The notes under the pieces were generated by a model. The model made no database searches, was not told the DNA's origin, and was given only the letters and a program-made list of their open reading frames with translations. Positions 9,825 through 19,011 of a stretch of DNA of 64,000 nucleotides are shown piece after piece (the stretch's first letter is position 1; each line of letters starts with the position of its first letter). Origin of the DNA: a virus (lineage: Duplodnaviria > Caudoviricetes); the IMG/VR virus record IMGVR_UViG_3300029305_003961, positions 1 through 64,000 of that record; one strand, 5' to 3'. The position numbers and the translations under genes are program-made.

Positions 9825-10922
9825 ATGTGGGAACTTATTCTGGGAGCATTTCTTGGAGTTATTATTGGCTTAGGCGCTGGATGGCTTGTATGGCGACGCT
9901 TCCCGCAAGAAAAAATACGAGAAATTAATTATCAAAAACTCCTTGAAGAATAGGACCTCTTTTCTAAACAAAGAGAGCAAGAAGAAGAGGTAATTGCCGA
10001 ATTGGAGCGGCGAAAAGAACAGCGCCAAAAAGACTATGATTTTATGATTGATACCAACAGTAGGATTGTCGATGAATTGTAGCATAAAATCATTGCTTTA
10101 AAACTTGAAAATAGTGAAGAACAAGGCGAAATAAATAAATTAAAAACTCAAAAAATTACAATTCAAGATTCTTTAGTTGAACTAGAAAAATAGGCTTAGC
10201 AATAGGCCGATAAATTTTTCGCTTCGAGACTAGAATTGGCCGAAGAACGATTGGCGCAATCATTAGAGGCAGCCGCCCTCAAATACCAATAGGATGAAGA
10301 AGCATATCGGCGAGAATATGAAAAAACTGTCTTTGAGTGCGCAGAGGCGTTCAAAGAAGCAATAGCAGAATATCAAATTAAAATTTCTGAGGCTTCTGGA
10401 ACCTTAACCGAATTACAAAATAATATTGATATTATGGTAGCAAATGCTAAACGGGAAGAGCAAAAACGACAAGAGAAAAACTTTTATCGTTTAGTTTTGC
10501 CAGAAAGCGATATTGAAGAAATTCGTAAACTTCGTTCTGTAGAACCATATTTACGAGATAAAGAGGCTTTAAATAAAGTTATTTGGAAAGTTTATTATGA
10601 AAAGCCTTATACTGATATGATTGGTAGAATAATTGGTAATAAAATCATTACTGGTATTTATAAAATTACCAATATAGATAATGATATGTGCTATATCGGT
10701 TAGGCTGCTAATGTGGCTGACCGTTGGCGTCAACATATTAAACGTGGAATAGGTGCTGAGCCTCCGACACGCAATAAACTTTATCCGGCTATGCTGGCCT
10801 TCGGGGTAGAAAATTTTACCTTTGAACTATTGGAAGAATGTTAGCGAGATAAACTAGATGAGCGTGAAGACCATTGGCAAGATGTTTATCACGCAAAAGA
10901 TTTCGGTTATAGTATAAAATAA
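9825..10922 (+). CDS. N-terminal transmembrane helix + coiled coil + C-terminal GIY-YIG nuclease domain, 365 aa, 8 TAG
   Basis: Starts MWELILGAFLGVIIGLGAGWLVWRR, has an E/K/Q-rich helical middle, and ends TGIYKITN....CYIG*A.....RW.QH...LY.AM..FGVENFTFELLEEC. It is one frame ending in TAA. Confidence 0.82.
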
Positions 10923-10936
10923 GGAGATAAAATCGT

Positions 10937-11227
10937 ATGAAAAGAATAATTGATGAACCTTGTACCAACAAGACCTATAAATTACTTTTACATGCTAAAG
11001 AAACTAATTCAATTGTTGTATGTCGTAATCCAAGCGCAATGCTTCAAAAGGCTTTAGCCTATAATATTACTGGTATAAATTGTATTAGTTTTTATGACTT
11101 TGCTAAATGTAAAGTGTATGGTAAAAAATATTGTATTGATGAATTAGAGGAATTTATTAAGTATCTTTATTCTGAAACTGAATGTACTGGATATACTATA
11201 ACTATTGATAATTGGAGCACAACGTAA
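10937..11227 (+). CDS. Hypothetical protein, 96 aa
   Basis: SD AAGGAG; abuts thyA. Faint resemblance to a degenerate P-loop (NKT...YCIDE). Confidence 0.65.
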   Translation: MKRIIDEPCTNKTYKLLLHAKETNSIVVCRNPSAMLQKALAYNITGINCISFYDFAKCKVYGKKYCIDELEEFIKYLYSETECTGYTITIDNWSTT

Positions 11228-12091
11228 ATGATTATAACAAAAGCAGATAAATATATGGTTGAAATGATACATCATATCCAAGACCACGGATATAAAGATG
11301 TAAATCCTCGCCCAAAGTATGCGGATGGAACACCAGCACATACCATTTCAGTCAATCATACTTTTCGAACTTATGACCTAAGCAAGGGCGAATTTCCTAT
11401 TTGCACTTTTAGACCTATTGCTTGGAAGACCGGTATTAGAGAAATTTTCACTATTTATCAGAATCCCACGAATGATATTGCTAAAATGCGTGATATGGGC
11501 GTTACTTGGTGGGATGAATGGGATATAGGCGATGGAACAATTGGTCAGCGCTATGGCGCCACCGTGAGCCGTTATGACCTTATCAATAATCTTATTAAAG
11601 ATATTGAGAATGACCCTTATGGCCGCCGTAAGATTGTGTCATTATGGCAGGAACAAGATTTACACGAGACTCCTGGCTTGGCGCCCTGTGCCTTCCTTAC
11701 TATATGGAATGTGCGTGGCGTGTATCTTGATATGATGTTGGTTCAGCGTAGTGGCGATATGCTTACTGCTTCTGGCCCGGGCGGAATTAATGAGGTTCAA
11801 TATGCGGCTTTGCTTATGATGATTGCTGCTCATACCGGTTATAAACCTGGTGTTTTTAGCCACGTAGTTGCTAATGAACAAATTTATGACCGTCATTTTG
11901 AAGCCGCAGATGAGATGCTGGTTAGAGCAGGACTGCTACCAGAAGGGTCTGAATGGGGTAGAATAAACCCGATTCCCTGGTTATATCTTAATGAAAATGT
12001 AGATAATTTTTATGATATCACAATTAATGATTTTCAGATGGTGAATTATAATCCTATAAAGCCTCAATTGAAATTGGAGTTAGGTATATGA
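11228..12091 (+). CDS. thyA: Thymidylate synthase
   Basis: Motifs WWDEW...G.IG.RYG, P..RRKIVSLW, LAPC, QRSGDM and IYDRH. Confidence 0.93.
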   Translation: MIITKADKYMVEMIHHIQDHGYKDVNPRPKYADGTPAHTISVNHTFRTYDLSKGEFPICTFRPIAWKTGIREIFTIYQNPTNDIAKMRDMGVTWWDEWDIGDGTIGQRYGATVSRYDLINNLIKDIENDPYGRRKIVSLWQEQDLHETPGLAPCAFLTIWNVRGVYLDMMLVQRSGDMLTASGPGGINEVQYAALLMMIAAHTGYKPGVFSHVVANEQIYDRHFEAADEMLVRAGLLPEGSEWGRINPIPWLYLNENVDNFYDITINDFQMVNYNPIKPQLKLELGI

Positions 12092-12618
12092 TTGCTGCTA
12101 TTGTTGCCGTTGATAATAATTGGGGAGTCGGTTATAACGGTGAACTTTTGGAGCGAATTCCAGAAGATATGAAATATTTTAGAGAACTAACTGAAGGCAA
12201 TATCGTTATTATGGGACGAAAAACTTGGGACAGTTTACCTACTCAACCTCTTCCCAATAGAGATAATCTTATTATTAGTTCAAAATTATATCTTGATTAT
12301 AATAAATATCAAGATTACGCAGTTGGGACTCAAAGTATGGAAAATACAAAGTTTATTCTATCAATGTTGAAACATAATTATGCGATACAAAGTAATAATA
12401 AAGATATTTTCATCATTGGCGGAGGTTCAATTTATGAACAATTACTACCATATTGCGATACCGTATATCTAACTCATATAGGAAAAGACCATAAAAATGT
12501 TGATACCTATTTCCCTCGTATTGATAAAGACCCTAATTGGGAAATCGATACTTGTACGGAATTGCGCGAGTCTGTTAATGGCATTCCCTATGCTTTCTTT
12601 ACTTATAAGAGAGTGTAA
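12088..12618 (+). CDS. folA: Dihydrofolate reductase
   Basis: Motifs AIVAVD.NWGVG, PEDMKYF, VIMGRKTW.SL...PLPNR, IIGGGSIY and DTYFP. Confidence 0.96.
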   Translation: MIAAIVAVDNNWGVGYNGELLERIPEDMKYFRELTEGNIVIMGRKTWDSLPTQPLPNRDNLIISSKLYLDYNKYQDYAVGTQSMENTKFILSMLKHNYAIQSNNKDIFIIGGGSIYEQLLPYCDTVYLTHIGKDHKNVDTYFPRIDKDPNWEIDTCTELRESVNGIPYAFFTYKRV

Positions 12619-12647
12619 TTGACTTTATTTATTAAATTTGATATAAT
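12619..12647 (+). promoter_or_regulatory. sigmaA-type promoter
   Basis: TTGACT-17 nt-TATAAT with extended TG. Confidence 0.8.
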
Positions 12648-12687
12648 ATTTATACAAGATAAATGAAATGAAAGTGAGTTAATTAAA

Positions 12688-13038
12688 TTGAAACAGGAAT
12701 TTATTGAGTTTTTAAATGCTTTAATGGATGCTGCTCCTGAGGTAGCAAAAGAAAAAATGACTTCAAACGTGAAGGCTTATATTGATACTTTAATGGATAC
12801 TAAGAATGATAAGCCAGTCTTAACTGATAGCGGCAAACAAATTCTTGTATATATGCGGGAACATTCTGATACTCCTATGTGGAAAGCACGAGACGTAGCA
12901 GAGGGATTGTTTATTTCTTCTCGTGGTGTTTCTGGTGCTTTGCGCAAACTAGTAAATGATGGCTTCTGCGAAAAAATGGGTGAATCACCCGTAGTTTATT
13001 CTCTTACAAACAAAGGTAAAGAATTTATTATTGAATAA
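12688..13038 (+). CDS. Winged-helix DNA-binding protein
   Basis: LTDSGKQIL.YM...KARDVAEGLFISSRGVSGALRKLV.DGF......P.VYSLT.KG. Confidence 0.75.
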   Translation: MKQEFIEFLNALMDAAPEVAKEKMTSNVKAYIDTLMDTKNDKPVLTDSGKQILVYMREHSDTPMWKARDVAEGLFISSRGVSGALRKLVNDGFCEKMGESPVVYSLTNKGKEFIIE

Positions 13039-13065
13039 TTTAAGTTAAGGAGATTGAAATTTATT

Positions 13066-13998
13066 ATGAAAGCAAAGATTAATAACAAGACACATATTGA
13101 GGGTTATTTATATCAGCACTCTTTGGAAATGAAAGAGTCTGGTCCTAATTCTAAAAATCCTGGCACTGTATTTATTACTGGTAATGTCGATATCGCAACC
13201 GACAATGCTATGACAAATATTGTTTCTGTTCATTATACTTATACCACTGCCACTACTAGCACCGGTAAGGCAAATGCTACTTTTAATGTTTTAAAAGACA
13301 TTATTGATGAAAAATTGTGTAGTGTTATGGCTCACGGTGCTGATAAGGCCGCAATGATTTCTATTGACTCTGCGATTGGCCTAAATGAGTTTTATTCCGA
13401 CCGCAATGGTAAGGAAGAACTTGTTTCCGCAAAACGCAATGAGGGTGGATTCGCTGTTGTTAAAAATTCTATTAATGAGGATGAGAGCAAGCGCAACACC
13501 TTTGATGTCGATATGGTTATTACTGGTACTCGTATGATTGAGGCTGACGAGGACAGAGGTCTGCCTGAAAAAATGATTATTCGTGGAGCAATTTTTGATT
13601 TCCGCAATGCTCTTTTGCCTGTTGAGTTCTCTGTTCTAAATCCCAATGCTATCAATTATTTTGAAGGACTTGGCGCATCTCAGAATGAACCCGTATTTAC
13701 TCGTTTACAAGGTCGCTTAATTTCTGAAGTTGTAGTTCGTAGAGTGACTGAAGAGGGCGCTTGGGGCGAACCTATTATTAAAGAATATTCTAGTACTCGC
13801 AAGGATTATGTAATTACTTGGGCCGCTGCCGAGCCTTATGCCTGGGAAGATGAGTCTGGTATTACCGCTGCAGAGTTAAAGAAGGCTATGGCTGACCGTG
13901 AAGTGTATTTGGCTGGAGTGAAGAGTCGCCAGGATGAATATAAGGCTTCTAGAGGTCAGGCAACTGCCGCTCCTGCTACCGGTGGATTTAATTTCTAA
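13066..13998 (+). CDS. Probable single-stranded DNA-binding protein (tandem OB folds)
   Basis: Beta-rich, with a flexible tail ending GGFNF, and lies immediately upstream of the Sak4-like ATPase. The start could instead be the TTG at 13054. Confidence 0.6.
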   Translation: MKAKINNKTHIEGYLYQHSLEMKESGPNSKNPGTVFITGNVDIATDNAMTNIVSVHYTYTTATTSTGKANATFNVLKDIIDEKLCSVMAHGADKAAMISIDSAIGLNEFYSDRNGKEELVSAKRNEGGFAVVKNSINEDESKRNTFDVDMVITGTRMIEADEDRGLPEKMIIRGAIFDFRNALLPVEFSVLNPNAINYFEGLGASQNEPVFTRLQGRLISEVVVRRVTEEGAWGEPIIKEYSSTRKDYVITWAAAEPYAWEDESGITAAELKKAMADREVYLAGVKSRQDEYKASRGQATAAPATGGFNF

Positions 13999-14021
13999 TC
14001 CACCAATAGGAGGATTGAGTT

Positions 14022-15008
14022 ATGGCTATTAATTTATTGGCTTTAAAGCCTCATAAGGTCTCTCGCGACCTTTCTGGATATATTACTTATATCTACGGCG
14101 AAGGCAAGACTGGTAAAACTACTCTTGCTTCTAAAATGCCAAAGGCTCTTTTGTTGGCTTTTGAGCGCGGTTATAATGCTATTCCCGGTATTATTCCTCA
14201 AGATATTACCACTTGGGGTGAATTAAAGCAGGTTATTCGTGAATTAAAGAAACCAGAAGTCCAAGAAGTATACAAAAGTATTCTTGTTGATACTGTTGAT
14301 ATTGCCGCAGGACTTTGTGAGAAATATGTCTGTTCACAGGCCGGAGTTGAAAAGTTAAGTGATATTCCTTATGGTCAAGGTTGGACTAAGGTCAAAAAGG
14401 AATTCGAGGAGGCTTTCCGCTCTATTACTCAACTGGGATACGCAGTTGTATTTATTTCTCACGTAAAGGAAAAGACTTTCAAGAAAAAGGATGGTACTGA
14501 ATATAATCAGTATATTCCCTCTTGTCCTTCTACTTATAATGAGATTGCTAAGAATATGGCTGACATTTATGCCTTTGCGGAAAAGTATGAAGACAATGGA
14601 ACCGCTAAAGTTCGTTTAATTCTACGTTCTATCGACAATAGCGCCGATACTGGCTGTCGTTTTAAGTATATTACACCCACAATCGATTTTGAGTATAATG
14701 AACTTGTTAAAGCACTAAATGACGCTATTGACAAAGAGGCTCAAATGACGGATTCTTCTCTATTTACCAATGAAAGAGCCGCTACGGTTGTGGCTGCCAC
14801 TTTTGATTATGACGCTTTGATGCGTGAATTTGGAGATATTGTTGGAGACCTAATGGGTAAAGACCCCAGTTATTTTGGTCCTCGTATTACTCAAATTGTA
14901 GATTCTATTTTGGGCAAGGGTAAGAAGGTTTCTGACGCAACAATTGACCAGGCTGAATTAATCAGTTTAATTGTTGATGAAATTAAAGCCACTTTAATTA
15001 ATAAATAA
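14022..15008 (+). CDS. Sak4-like (AAA_24) ssDNA-annealing ATPase/recombinase
   Basis: Walker A YGEGKTGKTT, LLLAFERG, Walker B ILVDTVD, IPYGQGW and VFISH. Confidence 0.8.
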   Translation: MAINLLALKPHKVSRDLSGYITYIYGEGKTGKTTLASKMPKALLLAFERGYNAIPGIIPQDITTWGELKQVIRELKKPEVQEVYKSILVDTVDIAAGLCEKYVCSQAGVEKLSDIPYGQGWTKVKKEFEEAFRSITQLGYAVVFISHVKEKTFKKKDGTEYNQYIPSCPSTYNEIAKNMADIYAFAEKYEDNGTAKVRLILRSIDNSADTGCRFKYITPTIDFEYNELVKALNDAIDKEAQMTDSSLFTNERAATVVAATFDYDALMREFGDIVGDLMGKDPSYFGPRITQIVDSILGKGKKVSDATIDQAELISLIVDEIKATLINK

Positions 15009-15015
15009 ATATTTT

Positions 15016-15047
15016 AACCCTGGGGCAAAACCCCAGGGTTTGATTTT
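15016..15047 (+). terminator. Intrinsic terminator
   Basis: AACCCTGGGG-CAAAA-CCCCAGGGTT followed by a T-rich tract. Confidence 0.8.
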
Positions 15048-15068
15048 ATATAAAAAATTTGATATAAT
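15040..15068 (+). promoter_or_regulatory. sigmaA-type promoter
   Basis: TTGATT-17 nt-TATAAT with extended TG. Confidence 0.8.
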
Positions 15069-15098
15069 ATTTATATAAAATTATAAGGAGTGATAAAA

Positions 15099-15776
15099 AT
15101 AGCACATCAAGTAATTTGTTCTATTTGTAATGGAAAATTTGACCGGGATAAACTTGCTTTTGTATAGACGAGCGCAAGACGCTATGCTCACGCTGATTGT
15201 GCGTTGCGCCAAGCCGCTGATACAAATCAAGAATTAACTCTTGACATTATAGACCCAAATGATTTTATCACTTGTAAATATTGTAAAAAAACATTCAATA
15301 AAAAAGAAGAAAAATATATACAAATTACAAATTCTACTTATGCGCACGTAAAATGCGCGGAATTAGAAAATAAAAGAGAAAAGACCGATGCTGAAAAATT
15401 AGATGATTATATTATGAAATTGTTTAATTATGATTATGTTCCTCCAAGAGCAAAGAAGCAGATTAATCAGTTTATTCAAGAATATAATTATACATATTCT
15501 GGAATCTTGAAGGCATTGGTATATTTTTATGAAGTTAAAGGCGGCGATCGCGAAGCGGCCCACGATGGAATAGGTATTGTACCTTTTGTATGGCAAGATG
15601 CTTATAATTATTATTATAATTTATGGCTTGCGAAACAAAGAAATGAAGACAAGGATTTGTCTCAGTTTATTCCACAAACTATTGAAATTAAAATTACAAG
15701 TCCAGTAAGGGAACCTATTAAAAAACAAAGATTTACCTTCTTGGATGAAGAAGAGGTGAGCGCCGATGGCGAGTAA
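15099..15776 (+). CDS. Double zinc-finger protein upstream of the helicase (possible loader/initiator), about 225 aa, 1 TAG (15165)
   Basis: Two CxxC...YAHxxC repeats and C-terminal GIGIVPFVW..A.NYY. The start is ATA 15099 or GTG 15090 after SD AAGGAG. Confidence 0.7.
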
Positions 15777-17295
15777 ATACATTGACCCAATTAGTATTAT
15801 TCAAGTAATAGGTAATGTATTTAATAATCCTAAACTTTTAGGGTATGAGGATAAATATGTAATTACTGAAAACGATTTTGTTGACCAATTTCATAAAATT
15901 GTTTTTGGAGCCATATATAAATTATATGAATTTGGAGCCAAAAGTATTGAAATTGAAAATATCTTAGACTTTTTGAGTACCCGTCCAAAGAGCGAAGCGA
16001 TATTTAAGCAGCAAAAGGGCGAGGAATGGATTATTAAGGCATCTGAGGCCGCATCTAGTTCTAGTTTTGATTATTATTATAGCCGATTAAAAAAAATGTC
16101 TTTATTACGCGCATATGATAATTATGGAATTGATATTTCATTTATCTATGACCCTGATAATATTTTAGACATTAAAAAGAAACAACTTCAAGAGGACTAT
16201 TTAGATAATGCTACTTTAGAGCAAATTGCGCACAGGGTTGATGAGCGTATTGATGCTATTCGAATGGAGTATGTTGATGATGAATTCGGCGAAGCGCATC
16301 AAGCGGGTGAAGATATTTTTGACCTTATTAGCCGATTAAAGGAAAAACCAGAAGTCGGTGTACCATTATTCGGTCCGCTTATCAATACGGTGACACGAGG
16401 GGCGCGCTTAAAAAAGTTTTATTTGCGTTCTGCTGCAACTGGCACGGGCAAAAGCCGTACAATGATTGCCGATTGCTGCTATGTAGGTACTAATCGTATC
16501 TATGATGAAATGTTTGGATGGATAAAAAATGGCGTCGCTGAACCTTGCTTATATATAACAACAGAGCAAACTCTTGATGAAATTCAAACAATGATGTTAG
16601 CATTTTTATCCTGCGTAAATGAAGAACATATTATTAGTAGTAAATACGAAGGTGATGAAGAGGCTCGTGTATTGGAAGCCGGCCGTATTTTATCAGAAAG
16701 TCCAATTTATATAGAGGTATTGCCAGACTTTTCATTACAAGATATTGAAAATAAAATAAAGAAAAACATACGAGATAGAAATGTTAAATATATTTTCCAC
16801 GATTATATACATACAAGTTTAAAAATCTTGGAAGAAATTTCTAAAAAATCCGGCGGCGTAAAATTACGTGAAGATAATATTCTTTTTATGCTTTCTACAA
16901 GACTAAAAGATATTTGTAATAAATATGGTGTATTTATTATGTCAAGTACGCAATTAAATGCCGACTATCAAGATTCAGAAACGCCAGACCAAAATTTACT
17001 TCGTGGAGCAAAAGCCATTGCTGATAAAATTGACTTTGGAAGTATCTTATTATCAGTAAAAGACAAGGATATTGAGGCACTTGGCAAAATTCTTACATCT
17101 AATACTTTTGATAAACCAAATTTAAAGTTATCCATTTATAAAAATCGACGAGGGAGATACAATGGTATTTATCTATGGTGCCAAGCAGATCTTGGAACCT
17201 GTAGAGTAAAACCAATGTTTGCCACAGATTGGGGATATGAAATTATACCAATGGATGATATAAAAATTATAACAGAAGACCCAGGAGCATTTTAA
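15766..17295 (+). CDS. dnaB: Replicative DnaB-like (SF4) helicase
   Basis: Motifs SAATGTGKSR, YITTEQ, IFHDYI, STQLN, LRGAKAIADKID and KNRRG. Confidence 0.88.
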   Translation: MASKYIDPISIIQVIGNVFNNPKLLGYEDKYVITENDFVDQFHKIVFGAIYKLYEFGAKSIEIENILDFLSTRPKSEAIFKQQKGEEWIIKASEAASSSSFDYYYSRLKKMSLLRAYDNYGIDISFIYDPDNILDIKKKQLQEDYLDNATLEQIAHRVDERIDAIRMEYVDDEFGEAHQAGEDIFDLISRLKEKPEVGVPLFGPLINTVTRGARLKKFYLRSAATGTGKSRTMIADCCYVGTNRIYDEMFGWIKNGVAEPCLYITTEQTLDEIQTMMLAFLSCVNEEHIISSKYEGDEEARVLEAGRILSESPIYIEVLPDFSLQDIENKIKKNIRDRNVKYIFHDYIHTSLKILEEISKKSGGVKLREDNILFMLSTRLKDICNKYGVFIMSSTQLNADYQDSETPDQNLLRGAKAIADKIDFGSILLSVKDKDIEALGKILTSNTFDKPNLKLSIYKNRRGRYNGIYLWCQADLGTCRVKPMFATDWGYEIIPMDDIKIITEDPGAF

Positions 17296-17309
17296 TAAGG
17301 AGAAAAATT

Positions 17310-17540
17310 ATGAGTAAAAAAAGAAAACAGTTCGGAATTATTATTCGTAAAGAAGGCACTTTAAGTGAAAAATGTGGTAGTGTAGAATATACTATGACTA
17401 GCGCTTTGGCTAATCATATTTTGAAAACCCATAAGGGCCCCAAGAAAAATAAACAAGAAACACTTTGCGCTTATGTTAATGAGCAGTTCGGCCTTAAAGG
17501 TAAATGCGTAAGGGTGTTGATTGAACTTGATAAACTTTGA
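17310..17540 (+). CDS. Hypothetical basic protein, 76 aa
   Basis: SD AAGGAG; lies between helicase and primase. Confidence 0.65.
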   Translation: MSKKRKQFGIIIRKEGTLSEKCGSVEYTMTSALANHILKTHKGPKKNKQETLCAYVNEQFGLKGKCVRVLIELDKL

Positions 17541-18630
17541 TAAAAGTAAAGTCAGAGAGGCTTTAAGTATAGAAAATGTATTTGAAGTCTTTTCTGATTT
17601 CGGAGGAGACCCGGAGTACACCGACTTCGGGATTCTCTCCTCTACCATTTGCCATAATATGCCCGGAGAGGGTAGTCGTAAATTGTACTGGTATAAAAAC
17701 ACTGGATTATGTAGATGTTATACAGGATGCGATGAACCTACTTTCGATATTTTTGAATTAACTATAAAAGTTTTTCAAATCCAACAAAATAGACAAATTG
17801 ATTTAAACGATGCCGTGCGTTTTATTGCGGCAAAGTTTAGTATTTCTGGAGAATATGAAGAATCAGATTTAGACTTGCCGGCAGATTGGAAAATATTTGA
17901 TGGTTATGCGAGAGTTCAAAATACTGAAATTAAAGATTATTCAGTACAATTAAAAAAATATGATAATAAAGTTTTAAAAAATCTAAATTATAATATTACT
18001 CTAACCCCATGGCTTAAAGAGGGTATTACGCAAGAGGCTCTCAATAAGGCGCAAATTGGATACTTTCCCGGAACAGATATGATTACAATTCCGCACTATG
18101 ATAAAGATGGTAGATTTGTTGGGTTGCGCGGACGTGCTATGGCGGCCGATGATATAGAACGATATGGAAAATACCGCCCTATGAAAATTAATAAGCAGTT
18201 ATATAACCATCCTCTTGGAATGAATTTATATGGTTTAAATTGGGCAAAAGATAATATTAAAACTTTAGAAAAAGCAATTATATTTGAATCTGAAAAATCA
18301 GTTCTATTATATATGAGTCATTTTGGGGTTGATAATAGTATTGCCGTGGCCTGCTGTGGTAGTAATGTTTCAGCCTACCATATTCATATGCTATTGGAAG
18401 CAGGAGTAAAAGAAATTATTGTTGCTTTTGATAGACAATTTCAAGAAATTGGAGATAATGAATTTAAGCATTTGACTAATAATTTAACTAAATTACATAA
18501 TAAATATAAAAATGATGTAGAGTTAAGTTTTATATTTGATAAAAAAATGATTACTGATTATAAAGCAAGTCCAATTGATGAAGGTAAAGAAAAGTTTTTA
18601 CAACTTTTTAAAGAAAGGATTAAATTATGA
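17521..18630 (+). CDS. dnaG: DNA primase (DnaG-like)
   Basis: Zn-binding ICHN...CYTGC, IPHYD..G..VG.RGR, LYGLN and TOPRIM motifs IFESEKS and AFDRQ. Confidence 0.85.
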   Translation: MNLINFDKSKVREALSIENVFEVFSDFGGDPEYTDFGILSSTICHNMPGEGSRKLYWYKNTGLCRCYTGCDEPTFDIFELTIKVFQIQQNRQIDLNDAVRFIAAKFSISGEYEESDLDLPADWKIFDGYARVQNTEIKDYSVQLKKYDNKVLKNLNYNITLTPWLKEGITQEALNKAQIGYFPGTDMITIPHYDKDGRFVGLRGRAMAADDIERYGKYRPMKINKQLYNHPLGMNLYGLNWAKDNIKTLEKAIIFESEKSVLLYMSHFGVDNSIAVACCGSNVSAYHIHMLLEAGVKEIIVAFDRQFQEIGDNEFKHLTNNLTKLHNKYKNDVELSFIFDKKMITDYKASPIDEGKEKFLQLFKERIKL

Positions 18631-18929
18631 GAGGAACTATATGGGGTCGCAATATTAATAGGGCTAAACCGATTTTTCAAGAAATAGTTAATAATTACAA
18701 ATTAATAAATATTACTCCGATAAAAATAATTGAAAATACACACTGTAGTCAAGCCTGGTTTGATAATGGCGATATATGGACCGCGGTTGGGGCCGCAGAA
18801 AGTCAACGGGGTCGATTGTCTAATATTTCTTTGGTTGATTATGAAATTGACCAAGAGTTGATTGATTGTGTTATTAGACCGGCTACACGGTTGACTCCTT
18901 ATTCAGTATTAGATTATTTTTATCTTTAA
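18627..18929 (+). CDS. Hypothetical protein, 100 aa
   Basis: ATGA overlap with the primase stop. Confidence 0.65.
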   Translation: MRGTIWGRNINRAKPIFQEIVNNYKLINITPIKIIENTHCSQAWFDNGDIWTAVGAAESQRGRLSNISLVDYEIDQELIDCVIRPATRLTPYSVLDYFYL

Positions 18930-18933
18930 TTTT

Positions 18934-18980
18934 GGTCAAAAAGTTACAATTTGTAACCTATGATTTTTAAAAATATAGTG
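18934..18980 (+). promoter_or_regulatory. Candidate phage-specific promoter motif (copy 3, before recJ)
   Basis: GGTC-N9-CAA-N16-TTTAAAAATATAGTG. Confidence 0.5.
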
Positions 18981-19011
18981 GGCGGATACCTTGAAAGGAG
19001 ATTGATAAACT

